From: the human T2T-CHM13v2.0 reference genome, Homo sapiens
Strand: one strand, 5' to 3'
NCBI RefSeq assembly: GCF_009914755.1
Contig: NC_060927.1
DNA: 64,000 nucleotides
The notes beneath the pieces were generated by a model. That model saw nothing but the letters and a program-made list of their open reading frames with translations. It was not told where the DNA came from and did not search any database. Of the stretch, positions 30,827 through 49,816 are shown piece after piece (within the stretch, counting starts at the first letter, position 1; each line of letters begins with the position of its first letter). The position numbers were made by a program, and so were the translations under genes.

Positions 30827-33666
30827 CAAACACATGGAAATTAAACAATAAGCTCCTGAGTGACCAGTAGGTCAATGAAGAAATTAAGAAGGAAATTGAA
30901 AAATTTCTTACAGCAAATGATAATGGAAACACAACATACCAAACCTATGGGATATAGCAAAAGCAGTACTCAAAGGAAAGTGTATAGCTATAAGTACTCA
31001 CATTAAAAAAGTAGAAAGACTTCAAATAAACAACCTAATAATGCATCTTAAAAAACTAGAAAAGCAAGAACAATACAAACTCAAAATTAGTGGAAGAAAA
31101 TACATAATAAAGAACAGAGCAGAAATAAAATTGAAATGAAGCAGACAATAATATAAATAAATAAAATAAAAAATTAAGTGTTTTGAAAAGATAGACAAAA
31201 TTGACAAACCTTCAGCAAGACTGAGAACAAAAGGGAGAAAATCCAAATAAATAAAGTCAGAAATGAAAAGGGAGACTTTACAACTGATACTGCAGAAATT
31301 CAAAGGATCACTAGAGGCATTGAACAACTATATGCCAATAAATTGGGAAGTTTGGAAGAAATAGGTAAATTCCTAGACACATACAACATACCAAGATTGA
31401 GCCATGAAGAAACCCAAAACCTGAACACACCAATAACAAGTAATGACATAAAAACTGTAATACAAAGTCTCCTAGTAAAGAAAAGTCTAGGATCTGATGG
31501 CTTCACTGTTGAATTCTACCAAACATTTAAAGAAGAACTAATACCAATCCTACTCAAACTATTCAGAAAAATAGAGGAGGAAAGAATACTTCCAAACTCA
31601 TTCTACAAGGCCAGTATTACCTTGATATCAAAAGGAGACAAAGACACATCAAAAAAAGAAAACAACAGGCCAATATCCCTGATAAACATTGATGCAAAAA
31701 TCCTCAACAAAATACTAGCAAACTGAATTCAAAAGATCATTCATTATGACCAAGTAGGGTTTATCCCTGGGATGCAAGGATGGTTCAACATGTGCAAATC
31801 AATCTATGTCATACATCATATCAATGGAATGAAGGACAAAAACATATGATCATTTCAATTCATGCTGAAAAAGCATCTAATAAAATTCAACATACCTTTA
31901 TGATAAAAATCCTCAAAAACATGGGCATAGAAGAAACATACCTCAACCCTATAAAATCTGGAGAACAAGGATGCCAACTTTTACCACTGTTATGCAATAG
32001 GATAGTGGAAGTCCTAGTTAAAGGAAACAGACAAGAGACAGAAGTAAAGGGCATCCAAGTTGGAAAAGAAATAAATCAAATTATCCTTGTTTGCAGATGA
32101 TATGACTTTATATTTGAAAAAATCTGAAGACTCTCCCAAAAATCTATCAGAACTTATAAACAGAGTCAGTAAAGGTTACAAAATCAACATACAAAAATCA
32201 GTAGCATTTCTATATGCCAAGAGTGAACACTCTGAAAAAAATCCAGAAAATAATTCAATTTACATTAGCTAGAAATATAATTTAATAATTAGCAATTAAC
32301 TAACCCAAAGAAGTGAAAGATCTCTACAATAAAAACTCTAAAATCTTGATGAAGAAAATCAAAGAGGACACACAAAAAAGGAAAGATCTTTTATGTTCAT
32401 GAATTGAAAGAATCAATATTGTTAAAATGTCCATACTACTCAAAGCAATCTGCAGGTTCAATTCAATCCCTATCAAAATACCAGTGACATTCTACATAGT
32501 AATAGAAAAAACAATCCTAAAATTTATACAGAACCATAAAGGATCCAGAACAGCCAAAGCTAAGCAAAAAGAACAAAACTGGAGGAATCACATTACACCT
32601 GACTTCAGATTATACTACAAAACTATTGTAACCAAAAAAAGCATAGCACTGGCATAAAAACAGACACATAGACCAATGGAACAGAATACAGAACCCAGAA
32701 ACAAATCCACACACCTACAGCGAACTCATTTTTGCCAAAGGTGACAAGAACATACATTGAAGGAAGGCAGTCTCTTTAATAAATGGTGCTGAGAAAACTG
32801 GACGTTTGTATTCAAGAGTGAAATTAGACCCCCTGTCTCACCATATACAAAAATAAAATCAAAGTGGATTAAAGACTTAAATCTAAGGCCTCAAACTATG
32901 AAACTACTACAAGAAAATATTGGGGAAACTCTCTAGGACAATGGACTAGGCAAAGATTTCTTGAGTAATATCCCACAAGCAAAGCGAACCAAAGCAAAAA
33001 TAGACAAATGAGATCACATAAAGTTAAAAAGCTTCTGCACAGCAACAGAAACAATCAACAAAGTGAAGAGACAATGCATAGAATGGAAGAAAATATTTGC
33101 AAACTATCCATCTGACAAGCAATTAATAACCAGAATATATAAGGTGCTTAAACAACTCAATAGGAAAAAAAAAAAAATCTAGTAATCTGATTTTTAAAAG
33201 GACAAAATATCTGAATACATACAAATGGCAAACAGGTATATGAAAGGGTGTTCAACATCATTATCATCAGAAAAATGCAAATAAAAACTACAATGAGATA
33301 TTATCTCACTCCAGTTTTAAAAATGGCTCTTATCCAAAAGACAGGCAATGGGGAGGATGTGGAGAAAAGGGGGCCCTCGTACACAGTTGGTGAGAATGTA
33401 AATTAGTACAACAACATGGAGAACAGTTTGGAGGTTCCTCAAAAAATTAAAAATAGAACTTCCATATGATCTAGCAATCCTACTGCTAGGTATATACCTC
33501 AAAGAAAGGAAATCAGTATATTGAAGAGATATCTGCATTCTCATGTTTATTGCAGCACTGTTCACAATGGCCAATATTTGGAAGCAGCTGAAGTGTCCAT
33601 CAGCAGATGAGTAGATAAGTAAGAAGGGTTGGGACATGGAGAATGAATTAAGAAGGCCTAATTCAA

Positions 33667-34111
<445 letters not shown>

Positions 34112-34789
34112 TCACTTATTTGTGGGAGCTAAAAACTAAAACAATTGAACTCATGGAGGTAGAGAGTAGAATTATGGTTACCAGAGGCTGAGATCCATAG
34201 TTGGGGGTGGAGGATAGTGGGAATGGTTAATGGGTATGAAATTATAATGAGATAAAATGAACAAAATCTAGCATTTGATAGCACAACCGGGTGAATACAG
34301 TCAATAATAATTTATTGTGCATTTAAAAATAACGAAAAGATTATAATTTGATTATTTATAACACAAAGACAGGGTACATGCTTGAGTTGATGGATACCTC
34401 ATTACCCTGATGTGATTATTATGCATCATATGCCTATATCAAAATATCTCATGTACCTGATACATATAAACACCTACTATGTTCCAACAAAAAATAAAAA
34501 TAAAAACAAAAATAAAAATTAAAACATTTTAAAAGGCAGCTTCACAAATGAGCCAGTTAGTAGCACTTTAAAATTGTGTAAATAATATGTTGAAGAAAAG
34601 AGAATTTCACAAAAAACTGGAATGCATAAACAAGATTCAAATATAAATTCTAGAATTAAAAATTACTGAAATTGTCCTATGACCCACAAATGCTACTCCT
34701 AAATATATAGTAAGCAGAAATATCCCAAATCTTCATTGAAATATGTATACAAATATTTATAGACACATTAGGTCATAATATCACCCAAC

Positions 34790-37767
<2,978 letters not shown>

Positions 37768-39108
37768 AGGAGTGGTTTCTTAAAGCATCTTTTTGAGTAA
37801 TTTGACATTTAAGGAGCCTTGATAGAAAGTTCCAGGATAAAGGCTAAGTGTTCTCAAGGAGAATGACACATAGCCCATTCAGACCCCATCCCTCGGTGGG
37901 TGGGGATTTAACTGGATAGGCCGCTGGCTTGGCAAGGCAGCTTTTGTCAACCAAGGGCAATCTGGAGAGCTCACATGTGTGAACCTCATATGTGTGCAAT
38001 CTTTCAGAAACAGGGAATGGCTGTCCCAGATGGTAAAGAGAATTTGGGGGGGCATTAACAAGGTCTGCTATACCTTCCCTCTATTGAAAGCTGCTAAGAG
38101 AGTGGGACATAAATTTCTGGGAGAGACATAAGAAGCCATGTATTTCATGTTACTACAAAGTTAATAAAACAGGACATTCAGGACCCCTACCCTTGAGTGC
38201 TCTAAAGATAGATATGTGTTTGGAGAATTTTCCTTGAACATACCCAATCCCTCCTTCTTGGATTTCCCATGAAAAGAGTTGTTCCCCTTTTCTACAAAAT
38301 TGGGGCTATCATAAATTCCTTATTCTTGCCTCCCAAAGAATTAACCCAGAGGAAGTTAAACTTCTTATATAAGCATAGTCAGAGGACTGTTCTTACTGAG
38401 GACCTCTGGAGCCCCCACAAAAAAGCTGACTATCCTCCCACACCCATCTCACAACCTTTTTAGCCACAGTAACATAGACTATCTAGGTAGCTTGCTATAA
38501 ATTGTAACTAGAGCTGAACTTCCTGATGAGTCATGTATCAACTCTCTCTCCCTCTTTCTTTTAGTTTAATTTTATTTGAATACAAGTAATGTGCTTAGAC
38601 AGATTTAAAGGTCAGTATCCCCAGAGAGTAGTCTTCCACTCTCCTTTCTGAGATGCGTATGTCTGACCATCAGTATTTCAGTATCAGATAGTGAATGAGG
38701 CCCACAAAGTTTCATCATCCAGAATGGAGGCCAATTTTCTCTGCACAACATCTCACCTCAGCTATGCAAGGCTTTCCAGAAAGTAATTCTCCTTTTCTCT
38801 TGCCAGGACACCACTGATTTCCCTGCAGTAGGGGAGCTGATGGATAGATTCTACCAGCTATTAAACTATCACTGTATCTTTTTTTTTCACATTCACCCAA
38901 CAGAGACCTTCACTTCTTTAGAAGTAATTCGTGTTTCTAATTCATGTGTCTTCTTTGGGTTCTGGGGTCACAGTTCACACATGTTTCTTGTTGCCTTTAC
39001 CATCTCCAGCACCAGGTTTATGCTTTACCTGGTTAGCTAAGTCAGTTATCAGGTAACCGTTTCACTTTTGGCCTTTTGAAATTTATGGAAATTTGTAAAA
39101 TCTCCAGA

Positions 39109-39739
<631 letters not shown>

Positions 39740-40714
39740 TAATCTCCTATTCTTCTTTTTATAAGTTGGTGGTCTTCCTATTTTTTAACTCTCACCTTTA
39801 TGAGGTTTGTGAGGGGTAGATATATACATTTGGATTCAGCCTGCTGTATTTTTGGTTCAGCCTTTTCAGAAGTTTGTCTACTAATTGACCTTTCTCTGTA
39901 GACCCCTTACTCACTTCCATAATAACTATCAAGACAGCCTGAGGTGGATTGCAGAAAAGATATGACTTTTAAAAGTTTTACTTCTAAACAAAAACCCAGG
40001 GAGAATGGGGCCAGGGGGGGAGGCAAAATCTGAAATGGGAAAATGTCAACTAATTTCCACCATACTCTTGCTCTATCCAAACAAGTTGCATTTTTTCCTG
40101 GTGCGCTAGAAAGATTGCTGAGGCTGACAGTGCCACTTCTCCAAATGCTAGGAACCAAACTTTAAATTGGCTCTTCCAAAATCTATTAAATGGGGTCTTC
40201 TAGACTTTCTGATTTGCAAAGATAGGCTATAAAAGATTGCTTCTGTTAATTTGTGTTGTGAGCATTGTTGACCTCATCCTTAAGTTCACAGGGAGCTTAT
40301 TCAGTCATATAGATAATCTGTCCCTTCTTGGTGGTCATCAAAAAACACACAAGTTCTGAAAAAGAGCATCTTTTTTACTGTACTTGCCCGGGTTCAGGGT
40401 CCAGATTACAATATTTTTTGAAAATATGGTCCTATTTCCAACTTGGTTTCTTTCTTATTCTGAAGTGTGATCCCATATATGGCCATTAGGGGGTGCAAGA
40501 ATTGTAATACACATAAGGCCCTCCTAAAGAATGCCACTCAGATCTTTTCTGCTTAACGGGCAAAGTGGACCTTTTTCTTTTCAGAAAAATTTCGGAAAAA
40601 ATGTTCAAACAACCCTACCTTTAAAAATTTTGTACAGATCACCAAACACAAAGGATAAAAAATGGAAAAACGACTTAATGGCTAGACTACTGGTCCATGT
40701 TTCAAAATGAAACC

Positions 40715-40800
40715 CATTGATTCATACATTCAACAAATATTTATTAAGCACCTACACACCAGGCACTGAGCCAGATGTCAGAGATTCAGCAACAAGCGCC
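40715..40800 (-). mobile_element. L2 3' end
   Basis: ttcatacattcaacaaatatttattaagcacctac...ccaggcactg. Confidence 0.75.
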
Positions 40801-42749
40801 CAATCATGCATGACTTCCAGGCTCCCAATCACATTCTCATATTTCCTACCTATGAGAATTCTGAATTTACTCAGACTTTCTGCAAATGACACCAGGATAT
40901 TTATACTTTAGGGGAATTGTTGACTAAAGATTAGTAGAGAATCCTTTTATCTTAACTGGGTTAACAAGATTAACTAACAGATTTCTTTAAGAAGGTCATA
41001 AGGACAAGGTTTAGAAAGTTAGAGATATCCATCAGAAGAGGTTTTAGACCAAATTCAACACCTTTCTACGCAAGATACCATTGGGTAAAACTTTAATGTT
41101 ACCCTTCATTGTTTATTGGTTCTGGGCTGGTGATGTATCCATCCTTTAGTTGTTTCAAAGGGCAATCATATATGGGGGTCACCCTCCACTCCAATATTAG
41201 GAGGGAAAAATAAAAAGTTTATCCACCATGAAGCGCCATTGGTACAAACCTGTCAGTGCTTCTTCCCCAAAGTAACCTACATCCCTCTTATGTCCAAGAT
41301 GATGGATAATGATAACATCAAATTGCAGCTTCTCTTTCTTCACTTAAGGCTTTTTCTACTCTCTAAAGAAATATTTCAAATTAGCAGCAAAAAGTTATGT
41401 GCAAGAATATCACATTCATTCATTCATTCATTCACTGTCTTCCTTTGTGGTAATATAAAATAATCTCAAGGAAGTTGAGCAACCTAGGTATTTCTTTACC
41501 TTCCTTTCCTTTTGACAGTTTACCATCCCATATTTTACCAGATCAAGAATGTGTTAGCATGTGGCAAATGGTCAGGAAGTCCTTTGGGCTTAATAAGAAA
41601 AGACTATACAGGATATAAGATATATGCTCATCTTTGTATTGGCTTTGGTGTGAAATATGGTCACCAACAATTCTTGAGCAGTATTTCTCATTAATCCAAC
41701 CACTGGGAAGAAGTGGATTTATTTCTCAGCCACAATGCAAAAATAACTGTAAATAAATAAATAGATGGATAGATAAATAGGTTAGAGGACCCACTTGAAT
41801 TAGATGCTACTTCTGGGACAAGCAAATATGACTAGAGGGTGGAGTCATGAGAGGATATTGGATGGGAACTGCATGGCAGAGGGGGAGGAACAGTTCTCAG
41901 AAACAGGGGCATGTTTCCAAAAGAATGGCCATGCTGTGAAGACAAAGCAATAGGTGTACACTGTGGATGCTGTCCTTTTTTACTTTCAAATTAATTCCAG
42001 CTTTTAAATATGGAGTTAATTTAGAAATGGTTGATAAGGAAAAGAACTTTGACTTTTTCTGATTCAATAAAAGCAGGTAAAAACTTTCAAGAATGGATAC
42101 TGTTTAAAACTGTACTAAGAAATTTTTGGAATCATCCCAGATAGAGTGCAATAAAAAGTAAAATATCATCAAATATCACAGATCCCAAGAAGCTTCAAAA
42201 ATGAATCTTTCATCTAACATAAATTAAACTTAGCGCAATTCCTGGCGAAAGCCACTCTTTCCCCGACCCTATAAAATATCTAATTTCCAACTTTTCCACT
42301 TTGATATCTAAGGGCTAGCAGCAACAGAATAGGAGCTTATTTTTAATTGCTTCATGTATAGAAAGAAGGGTGATCTCTAGAGAAACATAGTTTGAAAGTG
42401 TCTGAATTTAGCACCTTTAAATTATCAGTGGCAAACAGCAGAATCTGCATCTGGCAGGGGAAAGATTTTCAAGTACGAAATTGAATTTAGTTCCTGCAGA
42501 CTGCAAAAGCCCTAAATATAAAACTTTGGGAGAGGCATAAAAGTAGTTGTGTCTAATTTGCTTAAAGGAATCGGTTTTTGCTTTGATTGTATAAGAAGAT
42601 CCATCCTTTAATTAACAATGTGAGGAGGAATTTTAAAATATTTTGATTTCACATTCAAAGTTAAATTAAAATAGTTTAATTCATATTTTTAAAGATTAGA
42701 GATAGATTTTACTTGTTAAAGATTGTTGCATAATACCTACTTAGAAAAT

Positions 42750-43465
42750 TTTTTTTACTGAGGCTTGGCATACATCTCAAGCATAGGGCTCAGTGAATTT
42801 TCACACATGTGTATATCTGTGTGACCACCACCTAGATCAAGATATAGAACATCTCCAGCATTACAGAAGGCCTTAGTATACTCCTATATGGTCAATTCCT
42901 ACTCCTACACAGGACCCCAGAAATAACTACTTTTCCAACTTTTATGACCATTTGGATTTTATCAAAATATAATAATTTAACATATTTTTAAAATGTCTGG
43001 CTTTTTGGGGTGCTCAGTATTATTTCTCTTATATTCATCTCTGTTGTTTCATGCAGCAGTGATTTATTTGTTCTCATTGCTCTATATTATTTCATTCAGG
43101 CCATTTCAGGGTTTGCATGGTACCACACTGTATGAATATAAAACATTTTAATTATCCAACTACTATCTTTTGATAGATGTATGCATTTATTTCTCTTAGA
43201 TATTCCCCTAGTCATAGAATTGATGAACTATTGGATAGGCAAATGTTTTGGTTTACCACATAATGCCAGCCAATTATCCAACATGATTGTACAAATCACA
43301 CTGAAGGAAGAAATAAGAGTTCTCATTGTTTCACATTCCTAACAGCTATTGGTCATAATCAAGCTCTCCAGTTTTAGTCACCATGATGATTTTAGTGCTA
43401 TTTACAGTGGTTTTACTTTTCATTTCCTTAAATACTACTGATATTATACTTCTTTTCATATGCTT
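42750..43465 (-). mobile_element. L1ME-type 3' fragment
   Basis: ctcagtgaattttcacaca...gtgaccaccacctagatcaagatatagaacatctccagca. Confidence 0.7.
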
Positions 43466-43740
43466 GATATTGTTGGGTAGAGGTAGAAAAATAAAATCTC
43501 TCTACTAAGACTAAAAACACAGCTCTCTCCTTTACCTGGGCTTGATGTTAACTTTTAAAAAGTAAATAATATAAGAAATCAATGTATAAATTTCCAGTAA
43601 TACTCATGGGGCTCTTGGAAGAAGAGAAGACAAAATAACCTGGAAGAATATGTCCTCAACCTACACTGTATAGAATTCCCATAGGTAAAATTCTGTTAAT
43701 GATTACTTCACAACCCAAAATTATAAGACATGAGGAAATT

Positions 43741-44052
43741 CAGTTGGTTCTTTGTATCCTCGGGTTCAACCAACTGCAGATCAAAAATATTTGAAAAAAA
43801 TAAATATAAAAATAACAATACAACTCTAAAAATAATAAAAAATGTAAAAGTACACTATAACAACCATTTACATAGCATTTATATTGTATTGGGTACTATA
43901 AGTAACCTAAAGATAATTTAAAGTATATAGAAGGATGTGCATAGGTTAAATGCAAATGCTACATCATTTTATGTAATGAATTCAAGCATCTGAAGATTTT
44001 CATACCCACAAGGAGTCATGGAGCCAATCCTTTGAATACCAAGGGACAACTG
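43741..44052 (-). mobile_element. MER2
   Basis: cagttgg...caactg-TA termini; reverse complement of the 14150 copy motifs (ggatgtgcataggtta). Confidence 0.85.
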
Positions 44053-45569
44053 TAATCCACAGTGATGGAAGAACTACATATATGATATAATAATATGATA
44101 GAGAATATACATTAGAGATGTTTAAACTAACTTTTGAAAACTTTCTGATTCTGGTCATGATAGAATAATGGGTATTAAAATTACTATCCTTTTTATATAT
44201 AAAGAGACATTTAATGTTCTGAACCACAGATAGTATGGATCTGTGATCCCTGAAAGGAAACATAAAACACATGAAGTAAACTGTGCATTCATTCTGGTAC
44301 CCAAGGCATCTGTGGGCACTTCCAAAATGTTAACGTAGGGAAGGGAGCCCAAGGAGAGAGCAGTTATTTCCTTGAAAAAAAAAAAAAAAAGGAAACACAC
44401 GCATAAATGAAATTCAGAGCTACTGAGGCAAATGGAATTTTTGGAGCACAGAAGCAAGGAGAGAGAATTGTACAGAGAAGGAACCCCAGAAATCTGCACT
44501 GGGGCCCTCTTAAGTCTTTGGCCAAATAATAAACTGTTCATGGCAGCATGAGACTCCACAAGGCCTCACAGAGAAGAGCTATTGAGCTATAAAATGAACA
44601 GAGATTCGATTCATCTTTGAGATAAATAGATTATGGAGGTGACACAGGAATGGGTGATTCTTAGAGTTCTGATCAGCCAGAGTGACATGATCTCACTGAG
44701 CACCTGAAAATTCAGTTGAGATTCCAAAAAGGCCATAACTTAAAAGTGCAGATTCTCTATCACCATCCAAATAAAGACTAAAACCAAGACTTGATATAAT
44801 AAAGCAAAGTCACCGCTAAAGTAATTGTCAGTTAAAACAATACTCAACATGTTTTAAGGGGAGTCAACATAATGTAAACTCTCAACGATATTAACAGCCA
44901 CAATGTCCAGAACACAATAGAAATTTTTAAGACATGCAAAAAGGCAGGAAAATGTGAACTCTAATCAGGAGGGAGAAAAAGTCAATAGAAGCACACCCCA
45001 GGAAAATATACATGCTTCAATTAGCTGACAAAGACTTTTAAAAGTTTATATAAACAAATTTAGGGACATAAAGAAAAAGGCAGACAATGAGTAAACATAT
45101 GGAACATCTCAACAAAAAAGATAAAAATATTTTTTAAGAAAACAAAATGGAAATACAAGAACTGAAAACTACAATATTTGAAATTTAAAATTCACTGGAT
45201 GAGCTTAACAATAGAGTGGGAACTGGGTAAAAATCAGTGAACTTGAAAACAGAAAAATAGATACTATGCAAATGGAAGAAGAGAAAGAAAAAAATACTGA
45301 AAAAGCAAACATATCTTCAGTAACTTGAGGGAAAACATCAAATGGTTTGATATAGGAGTACTTGGAGTCCTAGAAGGAGAGGAGAGAGATTAGGCCCACA
45401 AAATATTTGAAGAAATGACTAAAAGTTTTCTAAATTTGGTTTAAAAAATTAATCCAGAAGTCCAAGAAGCTCAACAAACCCAAGCAGAATACACACAAGG
45501 AAAATCACACCTAGAAGCATCATATTAAGCTTGATGAAAACCAAGGTAAACAGAAAGTTTTGAAAGAAG

Positions 45570-46065
45570 TGTTACCGAAATGCCAGGGGTTTGGTCCAGG
45601 TACTTTTGCTTGCCACATAGAAAGCTGATTACTGGAACAGTGAGTATCGCCAGAAAAGAAGGCTTTATTCAAGTGTTGCAGCCAAGGAGAATGGCAGATC
45701 AGTCTCAAATCCGTCTCACGTGACTAAAATTAGGTGCTTATATAGCAAGGAAGAAATGTAACCATGTGTGGGAAAACAGAAATTAGGGAGGGGTAAGGAA
45801 AAGGAGTTGGTCAACAGAAAGCAGGTGGTTGGTTAGGCAATCATAGTGGGTGAGAGGTCTGGTGTCTCATTGTCCAGATGCAGTGATCTGGTAAGTTTCA
45901 GTACTTTGATACTATCTGGAAGAACTGATGGTTGGTTTTCTGAGAGAGGACCTCAGATAAGACAAATGTAACTTTCTCAAGTTTTAAGAATGGGAGGGTC
46001 AATTTCTATGTTTATGCAAAAGAAGCCATAAACATCAGTTCCGTGGGACAATTGGGCCATTTTCA
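45570..46065 (-). mobile_element. ERV1 (MER4-group) solo LTR, 496 bp
   Basis: TG...CA termini, exact 4-bp TSD gaag at 45566-45569 and 46066-46069; reverse AATAAA (tttatt ~45664). Confidence 0.85.
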
Positions 46066-46111
46066 GAAGCAAAGGAAAAGAACGCATATTATACGTAGGC
46101 AGTAATGATAA

Positions 46112-47658
46112 TGAGAGGTGACAGCGTGCTGGCAGTCCTCAGAGCCCTCGCTTGCTCTCGGCACCTCCCCTGCCTGGGCTCCCACTTTGGTGGCATTTGA
46201 GGAGCCCTTCAGTCCCCCACTGCACTGTGGGAGCCCCTTTCTGGGCTGGCCAAGGCCGGAGCCCACTCCCTCAGCTTGCAGGGAGGTGTGGAGGGAGAGA
46301 CAGGAGAGGGAACCGGGGCTGTGTGCGGCACTTGCGGGCCAGCTGGAGTTCTGGGTGGGCGTGGGCTTGGTGGGCCCCGCACTCGGAGCAGCCAGCCAGC
46401 CCTGCTGGCCCCGGGCAATGGGGGACTTAGCACCCCGGCCAGTGGCTGCGGAGGGTATACTGGGTCCCCCAGCAGTGCCGGCCCACCGGCTCTGCGCTCG
46501 ATTTCTGCTGGGCCTTGGCTGCCTTCCCACGGGGCAGGGCTCGGGACCTGCAGCCTGCCATGCCTGAGCCTCCCACCCCCTCCGTGGGCTCCTGTGCGGC
46601 CCGAGCCTCCCCAACGAGCGCCACCCCCTGCTCCACGGCGCCCAGTCCCATCGACCACCCAAGGGCTGAGGAATGCGAGTGCAGGGCGCAGGACTGGCAG
46701 GCAGCTCCACCTGCAGCCCCGGTGCGGGATCCACTAGGTGAAGCCAGCTGGGTTCCTGAGTCTGGTGGGGACATGGAGAGTCTTTATATCTAGCTCAGGG
46801 ATTGTAAATACACCAATCAGCACCCTGTGTTTAGCTCAAGGTTTGTGAGTGCACCAATCGACACTCCGTATCTAGCTGCTCTGGTGAGGATGTGGAGAAC
46901 CTTTATGTCTAGCTCAAGGATTGTAAATACACCAATCGGCACTCTGTATCTAGCTCAAGGTTTGTAAACACACCAGTCAGCACCCTGTGTTTAGCTCAAG
47001 GTTTGTGAGTGCACCAATCGACACTCTGTATCTAGCTGCTCTGGTGGGGCCTTGGAGAACCTGTGTGTGGAAACTCTGTATCTAACTAATCTGATGGGGA
47101 CGTGGAGAACTTTGGATCTAGCTCAGGGATTGTAAACGCACCAATCAGCGTCCTGACTAAACAGGCCACTCGGCTCTACCAATCAGCAGGATGTGGGTGG
47201 GGCCAGATAAGAGAATAAAAGCAGGCTGCCCAAGCCAGCATTGGCAACCTGCTCGGGTCACCTTGCACACTGTGGAAGCTTTGTTCTTTTGCTCTTTGCA
47301 ATAAATGTTGCTACTGCTCACTCTTTGGGTCCACGCTGCTTTTATGAGCTGTAACACTCACCTTGAAGATCTGCAGCTTCACTCCTGAGCCCAGCAAGAC
47401 CACGAGCCCACCAAGAGGAATGAACAACTCCAGACACGCTACCTTAAGAGCTGTAACACTCGCCGCGAAGGTCTGCAGCTTCACTCCTGAGCCAGCGAGA
47501 CCATGAACCCACCGGAAGGAAGAAACTCCGAACACATCTGAACATCAGAAGGGACAGACTCCAGACGCGCCACGTTAAGAGCTGTAACACTCACCGCGAA
47601 GGTCCGCGGCTTCATTCTTGAAGTCAGTGAGACCAAGAACCCACCAATTCTGGACACA
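46112..47658 (+). mobile_element. LTR12C (ERV9) complete solo LTR
   Basis: TGAGAGGTGACAGCGTGCTGGCAGTCC...CCAATTCTGGACACA; GC-rich U3, tandem CCAAT repeats, U5 repeats; 4-bp TSD ataa at 46108-46111 and 47659-47662. Confidence 0.97.
46785..47305 (+). promoter_or_regulatory. LTR12C enhancer repeats and core promoter
   Basis: Repeated tatctagct/caccaatc units; CCAAT 47179-47183, GGGTGGGG ~47195, AGATAA 47205-47210, TATA-like AATAAAA 47214-47220, poly(A) signal 47300-47305. Confidence 0.75.
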
Positions 47659-49159
47659 ATAAGAACAACATTTTTTCTCAAGCACAATGCTAGCCAGAAG
47701 CCAATGTAACAACATAATTAAGATGCCCCAAGAATAAAACAGTTAATCTAGAACTATACATCTAGCATATTTTTTAAATGAAGGTGAAATATAGGCTTCT
47801 CAGAAAAACAAAAGCTGAGGGAATTCATTGCCCACAGACCTGCCCTAAAGGAAGGTCTTTAGGGCAGTCTGTGTGCCCTTCAGCCTGAAGGGCAACAATG
47901 AAATAATACGAGATGGAAACTTAGATTTGCATAAAGGAGCAAAGACTGCCAGAAATGATAAATACATGGTTAAACAGAAAAGCTTTTCTCATTCATAACA
48001 GAACAAGAATAATAACAGTGTGGTGTGGGATATATAGCTTATATAAAAATAAAGTGGGTAACAAAAATAACACAAAGACCTGGAAGACGGTAAATGAAAA
48101 CATTTTGTTGTAAGATTCTTCTATCAGATGTAAAGAATTATAATATTAAAGCAAGGTGTACTATGAGTAGTTACAGATATGCAAGCACAGCCATAAGAAA
48201 GGCAAAGTCTCTATAGTAATATTGAAGTACACTTCAGGAAGAGAGGGACTTTCAGTTCATAAAAATGCATAACAATTCTAAATCATACATTATACAAAAC
48301 CTGAGAGAACTAAAAAAACTAGATGAATTCATAATTATAATAGAAGATTATATTCTATCTAGTTATTGTTAGAATAATTAAAATTAAAAAGAAATATATG
48401 GAAGATTTACAACACTAGAAAATAATTTAAGAAATTTAGAGAAACTTAGAGAAAACTTCACCTAATAACTGATCTCACGGTCTTTTCAAGTGCACAAGAA
48501 CCATTCTCCTAGATGTACCGTAAGCTTGGCCAAGAGAAAAGTCTCAATAAATGTAAAAGGATTGAACTCATATAAAATATGTTCTCTGACTGCAATGGAA
48601 TTAAAAATCAATAATAAAATTATATTTGGAAAATCTGTAAGTATTTGGAAATTAAACACATTTCTCCATGACTCACTGGTCAAAGAAAAAATCTAAAAGA
48701 AAACTGCAAAAGAGTTGGAACTAATGACAATTAAAACCTAATTATGAGCTACAGTAGTCCTTAAATAAAAATTGATAGCCTGAAATGCTTATATTAGAGA
48801 AAAAGAGTGGCATAAAATCACTGTTATAGAGTTTCACCTTTAAGGTAGAGGATAAGAGTAATTAAATTAAAAAAACAGCAGAAAGAAATAATGCAGAAAC
48901 CATTGAAATAGAAAACACTTCAACAACAGAGAAAAATCAAAGAAACAAAAAGTAGGCCATTTGGAAAGGTCAATAAAATCAATAAATCCCTACCTACATG
49001 GAACAGTAGCTAGATTGGGGTTGGAAGAGGAGGGAGAGAGAGGAAGAGAAAGAGAACACACATTACCACTGTCAAGAATACACGAGGGCATATTCCTACA
49101 GAACATACAGACATGAAAAAGTTAATAAGGAAATACTATGAATTACTTTTGGCAGCTTA

Positions 49160-49540
<381 letters not shown>

Positions 49541-49816
49541 AGAAGGAGAAGGAGAAGGAGTAGGAAGAAGAAAAAGCAAAATTGAGGAGAAATTTCTCAC
49601 AAAGAAATCTCCAGGCCCAGATGTCTTCACCAGTGACTTCTTTCAAACATTTAAGGAAGAAATAATACCAATATTACATAAACTACTTCAGAAGAATGAG
49701 AGAACACTTCCCAACTCATTTTTCTGAGGCCAGCATTATCCTGAAAACAACACCAAAGATGTCTTAGGAAAAGAAAAGTAAAATTCTAGAGTGTGGAGCT
49801 GACTGAGCTAAGGGAG

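Noticed and set aside
46063-46793. Seven overlapping ORFs of 92-223 aa
   Set aside because: By-product of the GC-rich LTR12C U3, which has few stop codons.
46785-47160. Repeat-spacer-like pattern resembling a CRISPR array
   Set aside because: Known ERV9/LTR12 tandem enhancer repeats; the intervening segments are themselves repeated, and the DNA is eukaryotic with no cas genes.
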